DNA of 64,000 nt, from positions 76,136,001-76,200,000 of the forward strand of contig OZ024740.1 in assembly GCA_964016885.1 (NCBI GenBank), written 5' to 3'. The stretch is from Eledone cirrhosa (lineage: Eukaryota). The position numbers and the translations under genes were made by a program. How positions within the stretch are numbered: the first letter of the stretch is position 1; each line of letters opens with the position of its first letter. This document shows positions 14,760 to 29,129 of the stretch, in pieces. The notes beneath the pieces are model-generated. The model saw nothing but the letters and a program-made list of their open reading frames with translations, did no database searches and had not been told where the DNA came from.

Positions 14760-15359
14760 TAAAGTTAATATGTCTAAGGGTACAAGGTACCCCCAGAAAT
14801 ACATAGGTTGTCTATGATTCAAGGTGGTTCTATGGTAATAATTTGATATACCAGAACTTAATATCAAGATAAGCAGAAACCACCTTGAATCATAGACAAC
14901 CTATGTATTTCTGGGGGTACCTTGTACCCTTAGACATATTAACTTTATTCATTATTCTCCGTTATGTAGAGAACAAATCTGTCGTTCTATCTAGCTGCTA
15001 TTTTTTTAGTGGCGACTATAGACAACAAGTCTGTGATTTCCCGCCTTCACTTCACACCGGCGTACATACGGGTCACTTTTACGACCTTTCAGGCCTGTGT
15101 TAGCTGGGGACGAGGTCATATATTTTATCGTTCCTGGGGTTTTTTAACCCTAGGAAAGGAAAATGCTTCTATGATGATCTTTGTTTTTCCATTAATATCC
15201 ATGTGATATCTAATGTTTTGCAAAGTGAAACTGTACAGTAAGGGCCATTTGAATAGGTAAATATTTATATTATATTTTTTAATTTTGATTAATTTTAATT
15301 TTAAATTAATTTTGATTTATTTTGAAAAATTGGTTGAATTTTACTTGTTCTGCTTATCT

Positions 15360-16403
<1,044 letters not shown>

Positions 16404-16414
16404 TTTTTAACTTA

Positions 16415-16480
<66 letters not shown>

Positions 16481-17799
16481 GACACAAACCAGGCTTTGTT
16501 TACAAACGGTTAGCGAATTTGAAAATGAGGTAGAAATAAGTGCTTATGCCGTATTTGACTAAATTGAATTTTTTGTTAGTTGGGATTTAAAAAAACCCCT
16601 CTGAATGGAAAAAATAAAGAATGAGTATTGACGTACATGGGACACGAACACACATCTTTGGTTTGCCGGACCAATGTGTTACCATAACACATTGCTCAAT
16701 GCTCAATACTCATCCTTTATTCTGTTCAGAGGGTTTTTTAAAATTCTAACTAACATACTAATTCTATTTAGTCATACTAATTCTATTTAGCATAAGCACA
16801 TGCACTCAATGTCATATTACTTCTTTAAAACAAGGATGACGGAGTATATTTATAAAGAGGAAAATGCGAAGTCGTAGATGTTAGAGTCTTATTAATTGAC
16901 CCGTCATACATATTTCCATGACGATAGATATCGTGATTTCTTCAGACAGCAAAATTGAGTAAAAGGTAACATTACCGAAGAAAGTTTGGGTGGTAGGGAG
17001 TGGACTAGAGTAAATGTATATTTTTGCTTTGGATGTCCCCTCCCTTCTAACTTTCAGAACCTCCCGACAGCTCTGCGCAGACGCAGAGGTATGGGTGGCT
17101 GACCACTCAACTACCACCCAGAATACTACTAACCTTATTTGTTCTCTCTAGCTACCACTCCCCCACCATATCAGCCGACAACACTATACGCTCAGTGGGA
17201 GCTCAATTCAGCCAAATTTGTTTACTGCGAACTTTGGTGTTCAGTGGAATTTCAGTGCATGCGTACCCGCTACCCGTTTATGGTGGAATAATATATAGAC
17301 CACCAACCCCAAAGTGAGAGAGTTACCTAATCCTATGGTTAATATTTCTTATTATGGAAAATATTTAAGATTTCACAACCCGAAAATCCAAAAATTTCTA
17401 AATTTCAGACGTTTAAAAGTTAGAAGTCTAGAAAATGAGACAACAGTCAATATACTAAGAATAATATCTAACTGGTAAAGTGTATATTCGTATTAGGGAT
17501 TGGGTTCAGAACTGCATATTAATTTGTTATGACTCCCCATTGGAAAAAAATGGCCTCTTGTCGAGAATGACAGGCAAAATTTAAAGTATCGAATGTAAAA
17601 ATTAAATAATTATATAGTCGGCGTCTCGGTCAATCCGGTAGAAACAAACAATACAGTGATAATGAAGATTTGAGGAAAAATATAAGAAAAGGTACAAAGG
17701 GGGTAAGGAAAAAAGAAATTATAAAGAAAATAAAGGAAAAAATATATATTATAGCAGTAACAGCAGTACAGGCAGAATACATTATGAAATATTGGTGCT

Positions 17800-18800
17800 C
17801 ATATTGATCCCGGCTGTTCCGCAGACAAAAGAAGGCTTTCCACTTTCGTAATCAAGGAAAGTAACATTTTGATAGTGACGTATGACTCTTGTGCCTTCCT
17901 AGAATAACTCACTAGAATCCCCCGGTCTCATTCCCAACATTCAAAAGGGCTGCTTTTAAGTTGGAAACCCTGATATCAATGAATAGTCACAAATCTGTTT
18001 TTACATCAGAGGAAGTCCCAGTGTCATCATCAAACCAGTAATGTTCTTGCAATAAACCCAACCCAGTTCATCATGCGTGTCAAAAAATTCATCAACTTTC
18101 TTCTCTTGGTGCATGTACGCTGTTGTTTTGGTTCCTTAGGCTAAGACACGAAATTCTCTGGGCATTGTTGCAGTCAGGTAATCATCATTCTTAGAAAGTT
18201 ATAACTTTCGAACAAAATGATCCAGTTGTTCTTGACTTATTTTAGTGCATGAACGAATTTCAAAATCCATTTGGTCTTCACATCCAGTTTCATCATCGGA
18301 GTCATCATCTGCCTCACTCAACGGTTGATTGCTTGGCCCAGAAGGAATTTCATCTTCATATGGCTGTGGTCTTATTGCAGATGGCAAATTAGGGTACTTG
18401 ATACACTTTGCAGTTTTCTTATTGAACCCCTTAACATTAAGGTCGGACGCCATGCTTTGCAGCATAGACTTACGCCCCTTTATGATCTGAGTTCAAATCC
18501 TGCCGAGGTTCACATTGCCTTTCATCCTTACGAGGTCGATAAAATAAAGTACCAGTAATGTACTGGGATAATTGTTGGCCTTGTGCCAAAAGTAGAAACA
18601 ATTATTAATGCAAAAGTAGCAATCAGTAGAATGGTTGCTTTGTTCTCGCCATGCAATAGGAGTGGCAAATGGCATTTGCTTCAGCTTGTTACTGGACCAC
18701 AAGGAAAGCCGATCACTGCAACCTTTGCATACAATATGTGGAACAAAACGTTTATCTTAAAAGACAAATAAAAACAATGCTACATTACATTTCACTACAT
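17800..18800 (-). mobile_element. Degenerate DNA-transposon-type ORF (superfamily not assigned), interrupted by a SINE
   Basis: MPFATPIAWREQSNHSTDCYFC...IKYPNLPSAIRP...SQEQLDHFVR resembles a widespread repeat-derived protein family. The frame is split by the SINE at 18441-18607. Confidence 0.65.
18441..18607 (+). mobile_element. tRNA-derived SINE, main family
   Basis: gagttcaaatcc B-box and shared body and tail. Confidence 0.85.
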
Positions 18801-19576
18801 TTGGTACATAGGAGGTATCTTGTAAATCAAAATCTAGATATGATGGAACAAAATTGACTTCATATGCAGAAAGAGCTCCATAAAATTAGCTAAAATCACC
18901 CTAATTATCTTTTGCTGAAGAAAAGTTTTTTTAATTATATTTTGTCATGCAGTGTAATCAGAATAAAAATGACGAGAATGTGTGAATAGATTTTTTGCCA
19001 ATACTGTATGTTTAGACCGATGTAGATTGTTTGTCCATATATAGAGATGAGTAACAGCCGGATTAGTTTCAATTGTGTGTTAGGTTATATTCAGCGTCTC
19101 AGTAACCCCATTATCAGCTCGCGGAAACACTGCTTATAAACCTAATATTACGCGATCATATTTTATATATACATACACACACATATATATATATATACAA
19201 ATACACACACACACACATATATATATATATTTCCATATATGTATGTATATACACATATATGTATGCATACATATATTCTCGGTTATATAGTTAATGACAA
19301 TTATAGGCCTAGTTCTGTCTCATTCTCTAGATGTTAACGTGAAAGTCTCCGAGTAATTCTTAGAGAAATAAACAGAACTAGTCACGATAAAGCCATTAAT
19401 TTGATAAATATCAATATATACACCCTATATAATATTTTGTAAATAAACATTGAAGCTTCGAGTGAGTTGAAATATGTTTAGTGGATAAAGAGAATCTCGA
19501 ACGCAGAATAGCTGTGAAAACAGCTTTTAGAAAACTGGGTAAAAATAACCCTATAGACGGAAAAAGTGGACAGCAA

Positions 19577-19612
<36 letters not shown>

Positions 19613-19768
19613 ATATATCTCATATGAAATAATACAGCAAATTTTCCACACAATACAATTAGTTAGCACCCCGAACGTTTAATTAGGAATATACTCACTT
19701 ATTTCCTAATGTTTGTTGAGTGAGTTGGGATTTGGCCGGAGTATTGCTATTAGCTTTCTCCGATAAAG

Positions 19769-19800
<32 letters not shown>

Positions 19801-19804
<4 letters not shown>

Positions 19805-19880
19805 GTCATCAAGTATGAAATTTGTAGAAATTTGTTTCTTTTGTTTCAAATTTCTACAAATTTCATACTTGGCGACCTAA
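19801..19880. mobile_element. Collapsed Tc1/mariner-type MITE
   Basis: About 34 bp imperfect TIRs (ttgggtcatcaagtatgaaatttgtagaaatttg), 12 bp spacer, TA on both flanks. Confidence 0.6.
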
Positions 19881-20166
19881 TACACAAACACACACACATA
19901 TATATATTTCCTTGGGCTGGTATCGTAATGATAGTGACTTAATTAAATTATTGAGTGAGTGGGTATGAATCGAAGTTGTATCCACAACATAGCATGTACT
20001 AATCAAATAGTTTGAAGTAATTACAAAGTACTCAATGGAGTGAGAAGTTAATACATTATCGTCCAGAGTAAACACAAACGTTAATAAAGTGTGACACCAA
20101 GGAAAATAACCGAAGGCAGTGGCCATACTTATGAACGGTGGCCATACTTAACAACGATGAATACAA

Positions 20167-20212
<46 letters not shown>

Positions 20213-20359
20213 TTGTATTCATCGTTGTTAAGTATGGCCACCGTTCATAAGTATATATATATATATATATATATATACACCTACCCCCCACTCTCCTGAG
20301 CATAAATTTAATAAACATTTATTGTACTGCCTCTCTGTTCTGTCCCTGTTCAATTTTTC

Positions 20360-20410
<51 letters not shown>

Positions 20411-20416
<6 letters not shown>

Positions 20417-20756
20417 GTTTGAATATGTATAATAAAGCCAAAACAATGCAGGTATGGACATAGAATAAAGAATGCAAATGCAAAACATATTGTTGACAAT
20501 TAGTCTTTTACCTTAGATTTATTTAAATGTCCTTAATTTTCGAGATAATATCTCTTCTTCAGAGGGAAGTAAAGGGGTTAAACCAGTGTTTTAAATAGCT
20601 TGCCAAGTCATGCTGACAGGAAATGGTATAGAGTATCTGTTCTATCTCTAATATCAAAGAGTTAAGGTTAGGTGGATAAAGAGTAGACTCCCTTTAAAAA
20701 GGGATTTTTTTTGTACATGCCTGTTTAAGTGTGTGGGAGAATGCGTGAAGGTGTAA

Positions 20757-20811
<55 letters not shown>

Positions 20812-20917
20812 TGTGAGAAGATGTGTCTATACGTAAATGTGGGGGATATATGTTATCTCGTGTTAGAACTGGTCATTGTGTGTGTATGTGTGTGTGTGTG
20901 AGAGAGAATAAGTGGAG

Positions 20918-20980
<63 letters not shown>

Positions 20981-21669
20981 AGGGGTGTAAATATGGGGAA
21001 GATGCTCTATCAAGTTATAAATTGGGTGTTGAGTTCTAGTCTATTATTGATTGGTGGTAGTGTTTTGTCTATAATTAGTGCTTCCTTAATTCTAAGATTG
21101 CCGAGGTTTCTTTCCTTAGTTTCTATCCTAACTGTTATGGTTTTGTCGGTGTTTTTGCATTTAACTAGGTGTTTCTTAAATGAGGAAGCGTTAGTATTGA
21201 GGTGTTCTTTTATTCTTATGTGGAGTGGTCTGGTGGTGCTACCTACGTAGAAGTTGCTGCATTTGTCGCACTCTAGTCTGTATACGACGTAAGCCTGGTG
21301 GCATAGATCTGTGTCGTTGATGGGGCAGTTGGCTAGCCTGCAGCGGTTGTCATGTCTGGTGGAGTGTCTTTTGGTTAGCTGTCCGCGTAGAGAAGGACCT
21401 GAGTGGGCTAGTTGGATATCTAGTCCCTCTCGTTTGATAGCTCTGTGGATGGCTGTTGTTGTTTCGTCACTGAAGTGTGGGAGCTTCAGGAAGCAAGTGT
21501 TAGTGCCTCGGGTGTGGTGTCCTCTGTTCTTTCTGGCACGGTTTGTGGTGGATGTCGTGTATCCGTTCAGTTTGAGTACTTCCAGGAAATGCGTGGTGTG
21601 TGTGTCTCGGTCTCTAGCGTCGGTGCATTTGTCCGGATACGTGTTAGTTCGTTCCTTTTAAGGAATAAC
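20411..21669 (-). mobile_element. Penelope-like retroelement, 5'-truncated (GIY-YIG endonuclease + 3' end)
   Basis: Minus frame CRLANCPINDTDLCHQAYVVYRLECDKCSNFYVGSTTRPLHIRIKEH...LRIKEALII...NTQFIT* (stop 21010-21012). Minimal hammerhead downstream; flanked by (TA)n. Confidence 0.9.
20531..20565 (-). ncRNA. Minimal type I hammerhead ribozyme motif
   Basis: CCT-CTGAAGA-A-GAGAT(att)ATCTC-GAAA-AT-TA-AGG; loopless palindromic stem III (AATT). Confidence 0.7.
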
Positions 21670-21686
21670 TTATATATATATATATA

Positions 21687-21842
21687 ACGAAGGAAATGTG
21701 GTAAGGAACCAGGTGGACCATAACGCACCAAAGTACTCAATACTTAGGGTAGTAGAGTGGGTAATAGGAACAAGTAAGACCCCAACGGCTGAGCTCAAGC
21801 CGTTTCGACGGCTTGAGCCCAGCCGTCGGGGTCTTACTTGTT

Positions 21843-21847
<5 letters not shown>
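21687..21847 (-). mobile_element. Short PLE-end-like repeat with terminal fold-back, copy 1 of 4
   Basis: Shared aacgaagg...gtaaggaaccagxtggaccataacgcac...gggtagtagagtgggtaataggaa body. Confidence 0.7.
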
Positions 21848-21878
<31 letters not shown>

Positions 21879-21898
21879 ATTCCTTAAAAGGAACGAAC

Positions 21899-22051
<153 letters not shown>

Positions 22052-22194
22052 TATAAAAAAACAGAGAGGCAGTACAAATGGTAGTTTATTAGGTTCACAT
22101 TTATCATGCACACACACGTGTGCATGATAAATGTGAACCTAATAAACTACCATTTGTACTGCCTCGCTGTTTTTTGTTCCTGTCTAATATTTAG

Positions 22195-22251
<57 letters not shown>

Positions 22252-22257
<6 letters not shown>

Positions 22258-22447
22258 AACAAGTATGACCCTGACGGCAGAGCTCAAGCCGTTTCGACGG
22301 CTAATTCTGGACGTCTAGAATTAGCTGTCAAACGGCTTGAGCTCTGCCGTCGGGGTCATACTTGTTCCTATTACCCACTCTACTACCCTAAGTATTGAGT
22401 ACTTTGGTGCGTTATGGTCCATCTTGTTCCTTACCTCATTTCCTTCG

Positions 22448-22450
<3 letters not shown>
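22252..22450 (+). mobile_element. Same short repeat, copy 2
   Basis: Reverse complement of the copy 1 body, with a longer palindrome. Confidence 0.7.
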
Positions 22451-22483
<33 letters not shown>

Positions 22484-22955
22484 GTAAGTATGTATGTATG
22501 TATACGTACATACATATATGTATACAGACGTACAGTAGTATGTATATATATGCATACATGCACATATATATATATGCACGTATCGGTTTACCGAACATTT
22601 ATTATAATGCTCGGTTTGTTTGTTTGTAAACAAACAAACAGCCCGAATTACGCCGTACAGTGTTTAGGCAACCACGTCACCTTTTTTGTTCAACATTGAC
22701 ACAGGAACGATGTACTAATTTCAAGCTTATTAGCTATCATCAGCATCGTATACCTTCCTGCCAGATGGTTGAACGTCTGAAAGTATATACTTTCCTTATG
22801 CATATTAACGGCTGAGCAGCCTAATTTGCATATCGAGTGAGTTCAGTCGGCCGGGCATACCAACATATATGTATGTACGTATACATACATACATACTTAC
22901 ATTTAAGTAAGTGCCGTACTAAGAGTGAGAATGAAATTTCGTTTCATTCTATTCC

Positions 22956-23075
<120 letters not shown>

Positions 23076-24085
23076 GGTGGGAGCTGCACACTTACACTCA
23101 TTTGTTTTATATATAATGTAAAGAGGATTATGTCCTGAGCTATTATTTGTATAAATCACATTTCTGGTCGATTATACACATCGGTGGACTAGGAAGAGCA
23201 CTGATTGGTAATGGTTGAATGGTTTAAATTGAGGTCAGCGTACTTTTAGATAGTCACGTGCTGTCTGCCCTCAATTAGCATTGATCATGCGTCTAGTGAA
23301 GTGGGAGTGTGGTGGGGCTGTTCCTAAATGATTTAAACATCATCAGTCATTTCCTCTCACTTTGCTGGCGAATGTAATCATTTGAAAAGCCGTTTGAACG
23401 TAATCTTAAGTCTGCGTATGTAATCCTTGTTTACCTTCCATGTGGTAGAGAACAGAATTGCCTCTATGTGGTCGCAACACTGGTTAGAAATAGCAGCTAA
23501 ACATCCTCAAATCACGAATACGAATAAGAATCAGCATTAGATATCATATCGATGATACGCCTATCGTCATAAACGACAATGAAGTCTCAAATTTAAAAAT
23601 AAAATAAAATGCCAGGACGTTCATTGCTGTTGTACCGATGCGAATGTGTTCAGCCTTAGAAGGGTTCTGAAGGAAAGGCTGAAGAAGAGATTCTGTATAT
23701 TTTCTAATTAAACCACATCTAACTCAGAATATATTATGTATCGTGGTGGTTTAATTTTCTCACGGCCTACTTAAAATAAGAACTAAAGCAGCCTGCCCAC
23801 CTCTATCTAAACAATCACTATTAAGAGATTCTGTGCTGTGACCAAGTTCACCTATCTTGTCAGCACACTTCCACAAAATGATACCATCCAGAATTTCAAA
23901 TGTCAGCGCAACCTTTGACATACTCTGTGCCAACGTCTGGTAGAGGAAAACTATCAGCCCATACCGAGAAAGATGAATACATACAGAGAAATGTGCCCCC
24001 CTCCCCCCACCACACGGCTCTTCTACAGTAAAACACGAAATGTATGCAAATGTCATGTAAAATGGCTTTTATAAATCTTTTGACG

Positions 24086-24221
24086 CATAGAGTTACGACC
24101 CTTGCCATTCTGAGTTCAAATCCCGTCGAGGTTAACTTTGCCTTTCATCCTAACGGGGGTCGATAAAATAAAGTACCACTGGGATAATCTCTGGCCTTGT
24201 GCCTATTATAGAAACAATTAT
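24086..24221 (+). mobile_element. tRNA-derived SINE, truncated
   Basis: B-box and shared body. Confidence 0.8.
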
Positions 24222-24977
24222 TTCTATACAATCTGCCTTAGAAAAATCTATAGCATCAAGTGTCAGAAGAAAGTTTCAGAGTTGGTGGTATTAGTCCAAG
24301 CAGGCGTTCCCACATCTACACCATCCTGAGGCAGTTCAAGCTTACTGGAAAGGACATATAATTTGCATGCTAAACTGTCAGTCGCTGTAAAAGGATGTTC
24401 TGTGTGAACTGCAACAAGAAAAGTGACACCTGATAAATCCAAAGAAGAGATTTAAAAGCATAATTGCGATTATAAGAATTACATTATAATATTTGGGAAC
24501 ACTTCACTATAGACTAGTTAAACTGAATTCTTTGTATTCAAAAGCTTTGAATTAATTTTGAGGTCAACGTGACTATTACAGTGATGCAAAAGAGGCAGAC
24601 AAAGAAAGAGAAAGCCAGCAGCCATCAAAATGATGCCCTTCTCACTCCGTGCCTAAGCTTCAAATACACCTTTCTACCACCGATCGGTTTCATGAGTCAT
24701 TTGCATATTCTCCTTACTAAATTAATGATTACTATTCACTGTATGGCATAAGTGATAATCGTCGAGTAGACAAACAAACACCAACTTAATACATAATCAG
24801 CTCCCACCATCCTATTTGTTTTTGTCAATTCATCAACTTCATTAGATCATTATCTGTCCGAAACGTAAGACTCATCTCCCCTCAAGATTTTTCTTATTTT
24901 ACGAATTCTATTAATTCTTATTTTTTGACGACTCGGGCATTTGCGTTTCATGCAGATTAACATTTCACGGGCTAACA

Positions 24978-25163
24978 AATAATTGTTTCTACTTTTGGCA
25001 CAAGGCCAGCAATTACCCCAATGCAATACTGGTACTTTATTTTATCGACCTCGTAAGGATGAAAGGCAAAGTTAACCTCGGTGGGATTTGAACTCGGAAC
25101 GTAAGGGTCATATCTTCATGCTGCAAAGCATGGTGTCTGACGTTCTACCGATTCTGCAAATCC
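24978..25163 (-). mobile_element. tRNA-derived SINE
   Basis: Reverse complement of the main family. Confidence 0.85.
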
Positions 25164-25439
25164 AAGGCCAAATATTTGACCAATTTGTTTCCAGCTTCCA
25201 CATAACTCCTATCCGCAATGACTCACTCACAACCTTGCAGCATCATACATCTTACATCATACATCTTACATCATACATCTTAGATCATACATCTTACATC
25301 ATACATCTTACACACACACCCTACCATTGATAAAGAAATACTGTTGCAACCAGAGAAAATAACTAGTTTTAATTTCTCCTAGCCATTTATTATTCCAGCT
25401 ACTAAAATGTTATTACAACCTTCTAATTGATGTTTCCAG

Positions 25440-25510
25440 GTCACAAGTGATACTCAACTTGACAGATGAAAGAAAATATGATAATCGAATATCTCCACAC
25501 TTTGATCTTG
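25440..25510 (+). CDS. Cys-loop ligand-gated ion channel (GlyR/GABA-A/GluCl-like) exon: N-terminal helix, SQVILNLTDERKYDNRISPHFDL
   Basis: tttccag acceptor and gtaagt donor; 71 bp. YDNRISP matches the YDxRxxP motif after the N-terminal helix of Cys-loop receptors. The final G joins AG of the next exon to give GAG (E) in frame. Confidence 0.85.
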
Positions 25511-25879
25511 GTAAGTACTCTCCATTTTAATACACATTCAACAGATTTCGTTTTAATTATGGACAAGGTTGAGAGCAGAGCTCATTCACAACTCCCCATG
25601 AAACAGGACAGTAAAGTTCATTCTGTTCCTGCACCTGAATGAGTGTACGTGGTGGGTAAATTTACCCTTGAACTCATTGGCTGAAAGCCGTCGAGTGGTG
25701 TAGCATCATCCGGGGAAACGCCTTCTCCATTCTGTCCGCCGGGGCTGTGGGGAGGCCAGCATGTGGGACCCCATTTGCTCAACATACGGAGAGATGGAGG
25801 CAGTGACAGTGGGCATTCGGCTCTTCCACGTTCGGACCATATCCTTGTGGTTGTGTTCATTAAGCAGTTAATGCCCCGC

Positions 25880-26110
25880 AGATCGATGTCCATTCTCTAT
25901 GATCAAAGTAACCTTGTAGATTACGGCCTTTAAGAGGAGGGATCCACCTAGAGAACAGTTGGCAGGGTTTCGGAAGTTGCATGTTGATGCAGGTGTTGGG
26001 GATGTATGTGTCCATGTATTTTTCTCTTATAATGTGCGGTATCTGAAGAGATACTATCTAAAGAGGAATAGCTAATCTTAATATTGTGTAAGTTAAAGAT
26101 CTTGAGGTAC
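25880..26110 (-). mobile_element. Penelope-like fragment (Zn-linker before GIY-YIG)
   Basis: Minus frame STCNFRNPANCSLGGSLLLKAVIYKVTL resembles PLE CNCRxxxxCPLxGxCLxxxVIYKA. Confidence 0.55.
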
Positions 26111-26310
26111 TTATGATTACACCCCGTCCTCTCTCTAGCATATATATGTGTAGGTATGTATATTCCCTCTGATAGTTTGTATAAATATTTTACATAGATC
26201 TATAGAATATGCATACCAACACTAACACATATATATCCTAGAAACGATCGTAAAATGATGAATTTTTTTAATATAAGGAACTGTTTCTTTGTTTATTCAT
26301 TATTTTATTA

Positions 26311-26349
<39 letters not shown>

Positions 26350-26458
26350 CATACATATATAGTCCATCAACCAATGACCTCCACCCATCCAAACCCCCAC
26401 CCTCTCCTACCACCAGAAAAGAAAAGATATAAATAACACGACATTTACTTGGACAGCC

Positions 26459-26509
26459 AGCTTCCTGATGATTTCTCATGAATGAAACAGTTCTAGTCCT
26501 GTAGAAGCT
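26459..26509 (+). ncRNA. Type I hammerhead ribozyme motif
   Basis: AGCTTC-CTGATGA-tttc(tcat)gaat-GAAA-CAG(ttctagtc)CTG-TA-GAAGCT: all three stems pair and the core is intact. Confidence 0.8.
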
Positions 26510-26587
26510 TTTCTATATTAATATATATATATATATATTATTCAAAATATTAACAAATGAAGATATTCACATAATCAAAATATATGC

Positions 26588-26648
26588 TTTATTATATATA
26601 TTTCGAAGGTACTGTGTTTTTTTTTCCAGTACGTCCTCGTCAGATAAA
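26588..26648 (-). ncRNA. Type I hammerhead ribozyme motif
   Basis: TTTAT-CTGACGA-ggacGTACTG...CAGTACcttc-GAAA-tatata-TA-ATAAA. Confidence 0.7.
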
Positions 26649-27528
26649 ATATATGATTTGATATATGACATACCTCTACGGTCTTGATATTTCAATTCCA
26701 GTATTGGCAGTGATTTATTTCATCAAATCTCAACATTTATATACCACAAATAATAATATGATAAACTTAAAGAAGAAAAGGACGTGGAGCGAATTAGAGA
26801 TATAAGAGAGGGTGTAAAGAGGAGGAGATGCAAGAAAAAAAGTAAAAGAAAGAGAAAAAAAATACGTATATAAATATTTAAATGAATATATAGATGGGTG
26901 AAATAGATGAAGAAATATATATAAAAAAGAAGAAAAAGAAGAACGAAAAAAAGAAATAACGACAAAAGAAATTATGGGGGTGGGGGTGGGGGTGGGTGGG
27001 GGGTGGAGGGAATAAGTAGAAAAAACCGTTGTTTTCAAATATTAGGTCAATTGAAGCGACCAATCAATTACCATAGATCATTGAATATCTCTAGTATTTG
27101 GTTATGGTTAAGCTAATTATACTAATATAATATATCAAAATTAATCAATATACATTACTTTTCATAGCCGTCACATATTTATTTAATTAAACATTTATAT
27201 AATTTTATTTAACTCATTATAGATTTTAATTTCTGGTTTAGGTAATATATTCCATAAGTATTTTGTTACAACTTTTAAAAAATTATCTTTAAAGCATAAT
27301 TAAATAATTATTCAACCTGTATTAAAATATATATTAAAATACATGCATATATCACCTTTATAAAATAGTTTCAATATTTAATTATCATATAATTACAGGA
27401 TTAAATTTTAGTTATATTTACTCTGAAAAGTTTTATTTCGTTAATTTATATTTACTTCAGTAATTATGAATTATTACAGTTTAAAGAAATTCTTACATTA
27501 TTCAACTATATAATTTATGTCAATTTAT

Positions 27529-27643
<115 letters not shown>

Positions 27644-27684
27644 CGAAACATAAGTCAATTGCATGAACTCATAATCCTTTATTT

Positions 27685-27740
27685 ACTGCTATATATATTT
27701 CGATGATAGCCATTGAATGGCTATGACCTCATCAGGCAGT
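27685..27740 (-). ncRNA. Type I hammerhead ribozyme motif at the 3' end of a decayed PLE (about 27640-28040)
   Basis: ACTGC-CTGATGA-ggtcATAGCCATT(c)AATGGCTATcatc-GAAA-tatata-TA-GCAGT. The upstream minus frame contains PDGLN, typical of a PLE GIY-YIG C-terminus. Confidence 0.8.
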
Positions 27741-28049
27741 TAGTCAGTTCTTAGATATGCCAGCTCTGTGTTTATAGTGTTGATGGTATCAGAACCTTGG
27801 GACATATGAGCTTGTTAGGAATAAATTAATGTTGTCAGCAGGAATAGTCTTGATTCTCATTGGTCAGTTTGTAGATGCTAGTAGGGTTGGTATTTGACCT
27901 CAAAGAGGCAGGTGGTGTTGTAAAGTTCAAACCGTCAGGCAAGATGACAATAGTTCCATATGACTGATTTTCATAAAAAGCATTCCTGGTCAGATATATA
28001 TTCAATTGAGGTTAATAGTATGAAATTCGATACTACAGGTCATTCTTAA

Positions 28050-28352
28050 ATTGAGGAATTTATGTGGGGTGGTGCAACTGAAAATTATGGTTAGAGTCGA
28101 ATACTAGAAAGTTTACATATAAAAAGACTTATGTTGGTTGACCTGCACATACACTCACACCCACCCCCAGAGACACACACAGACATATCCACACATACAA
28201 ATTGAGGAATTTATGTGGGGTGGTAATACTGAAAAATTATGGTTATAGTCAAATACTTAGAAAGTTTATAAATGAAAAGACTTATGTTGGATGACTTGTA
28301 CATACACTCACACCTACCCCCACAGACACACGCACACATCTACGCACACAAA
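28050..28352 (+). repeat. About 150 bp diverged tandem duplication
   Basis: aaattgaggaatttatgtggggtggt...aaaagacttatgttgg...catacactcacac occurs twice (about 28048 and 28199). Confidence 0.8.
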
Positions 28353-29055
28353 TCCATACAGGTGTGTATATATATGTATGTACGCACAAGTGCATATATA
28401 TATACAACAGAGGCCCCCAAATCCAAGTATAAGGCAGACATAAAACGAGGTAGGTGTTATTTTAAAGAAAAGTAAAGTGGGTGTTTGGAAAAGTTATTGT
28501 TTAGACTAGACAAAAGTAGAGTGTGATATATATTTTCACAGCAATAGCTTGGGGGCTTTGAGCTTAGGCGAATCCCTTAGTACAGACATATATAGGTACA
28601 CGCACCCACCCACACTTTTATACCTCTGGATGCGTGTGTATGTCTATATACACATGTGTACTCATACAAGAGAGCATATACAAATATACTCTTAAGCATA
28701 CACTCGAACATTTTTCAAATGTGACCTGGGGTATTAGTATTTCGTTGTGTTCACATAAGTGTGTACATTCACGTAATCCCAGTATACACACACAACGCAC
28801 GGTTGCGGGCGCACTCATTCATGCGTATAGGGTTAGTACCTTAGGATAATTGCTCTTCCTGTGTGGGCCACACCCGGATGGGGGGGGGGGGGGCCTCAGG
28901 TTCAATAAACGTGGTTTTGCTGACTCCTAACCAGTAGAGGATCCGGTGGACAATCCACCGTAGGGACCACAAACTATGGGTGGGTATTGTTGCCCATTGG
29001 TCATTGGTACGGGGGACCTACGGGGGGGGGGGGGGCGTTGTGGGAGGCCATAACT

Positions 29056-29129
<74 letters not shown>

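Noticed and set aside
15154-15237. Candidate upstream exon (ctag...gtaagg, open, phase-compatible with 25440)
   Set aside because: The peptide KGKCFYDDLCFSINIHVISNVLQSETV has no signal-peptide character or recognisable homology, so it cannot be supported without RNA data.
19331-19352. Candidate 22 nt micro-exon (ctctag...gtaatt)
   Set aside because: Phase-compatible but too short to distinguish from chance.
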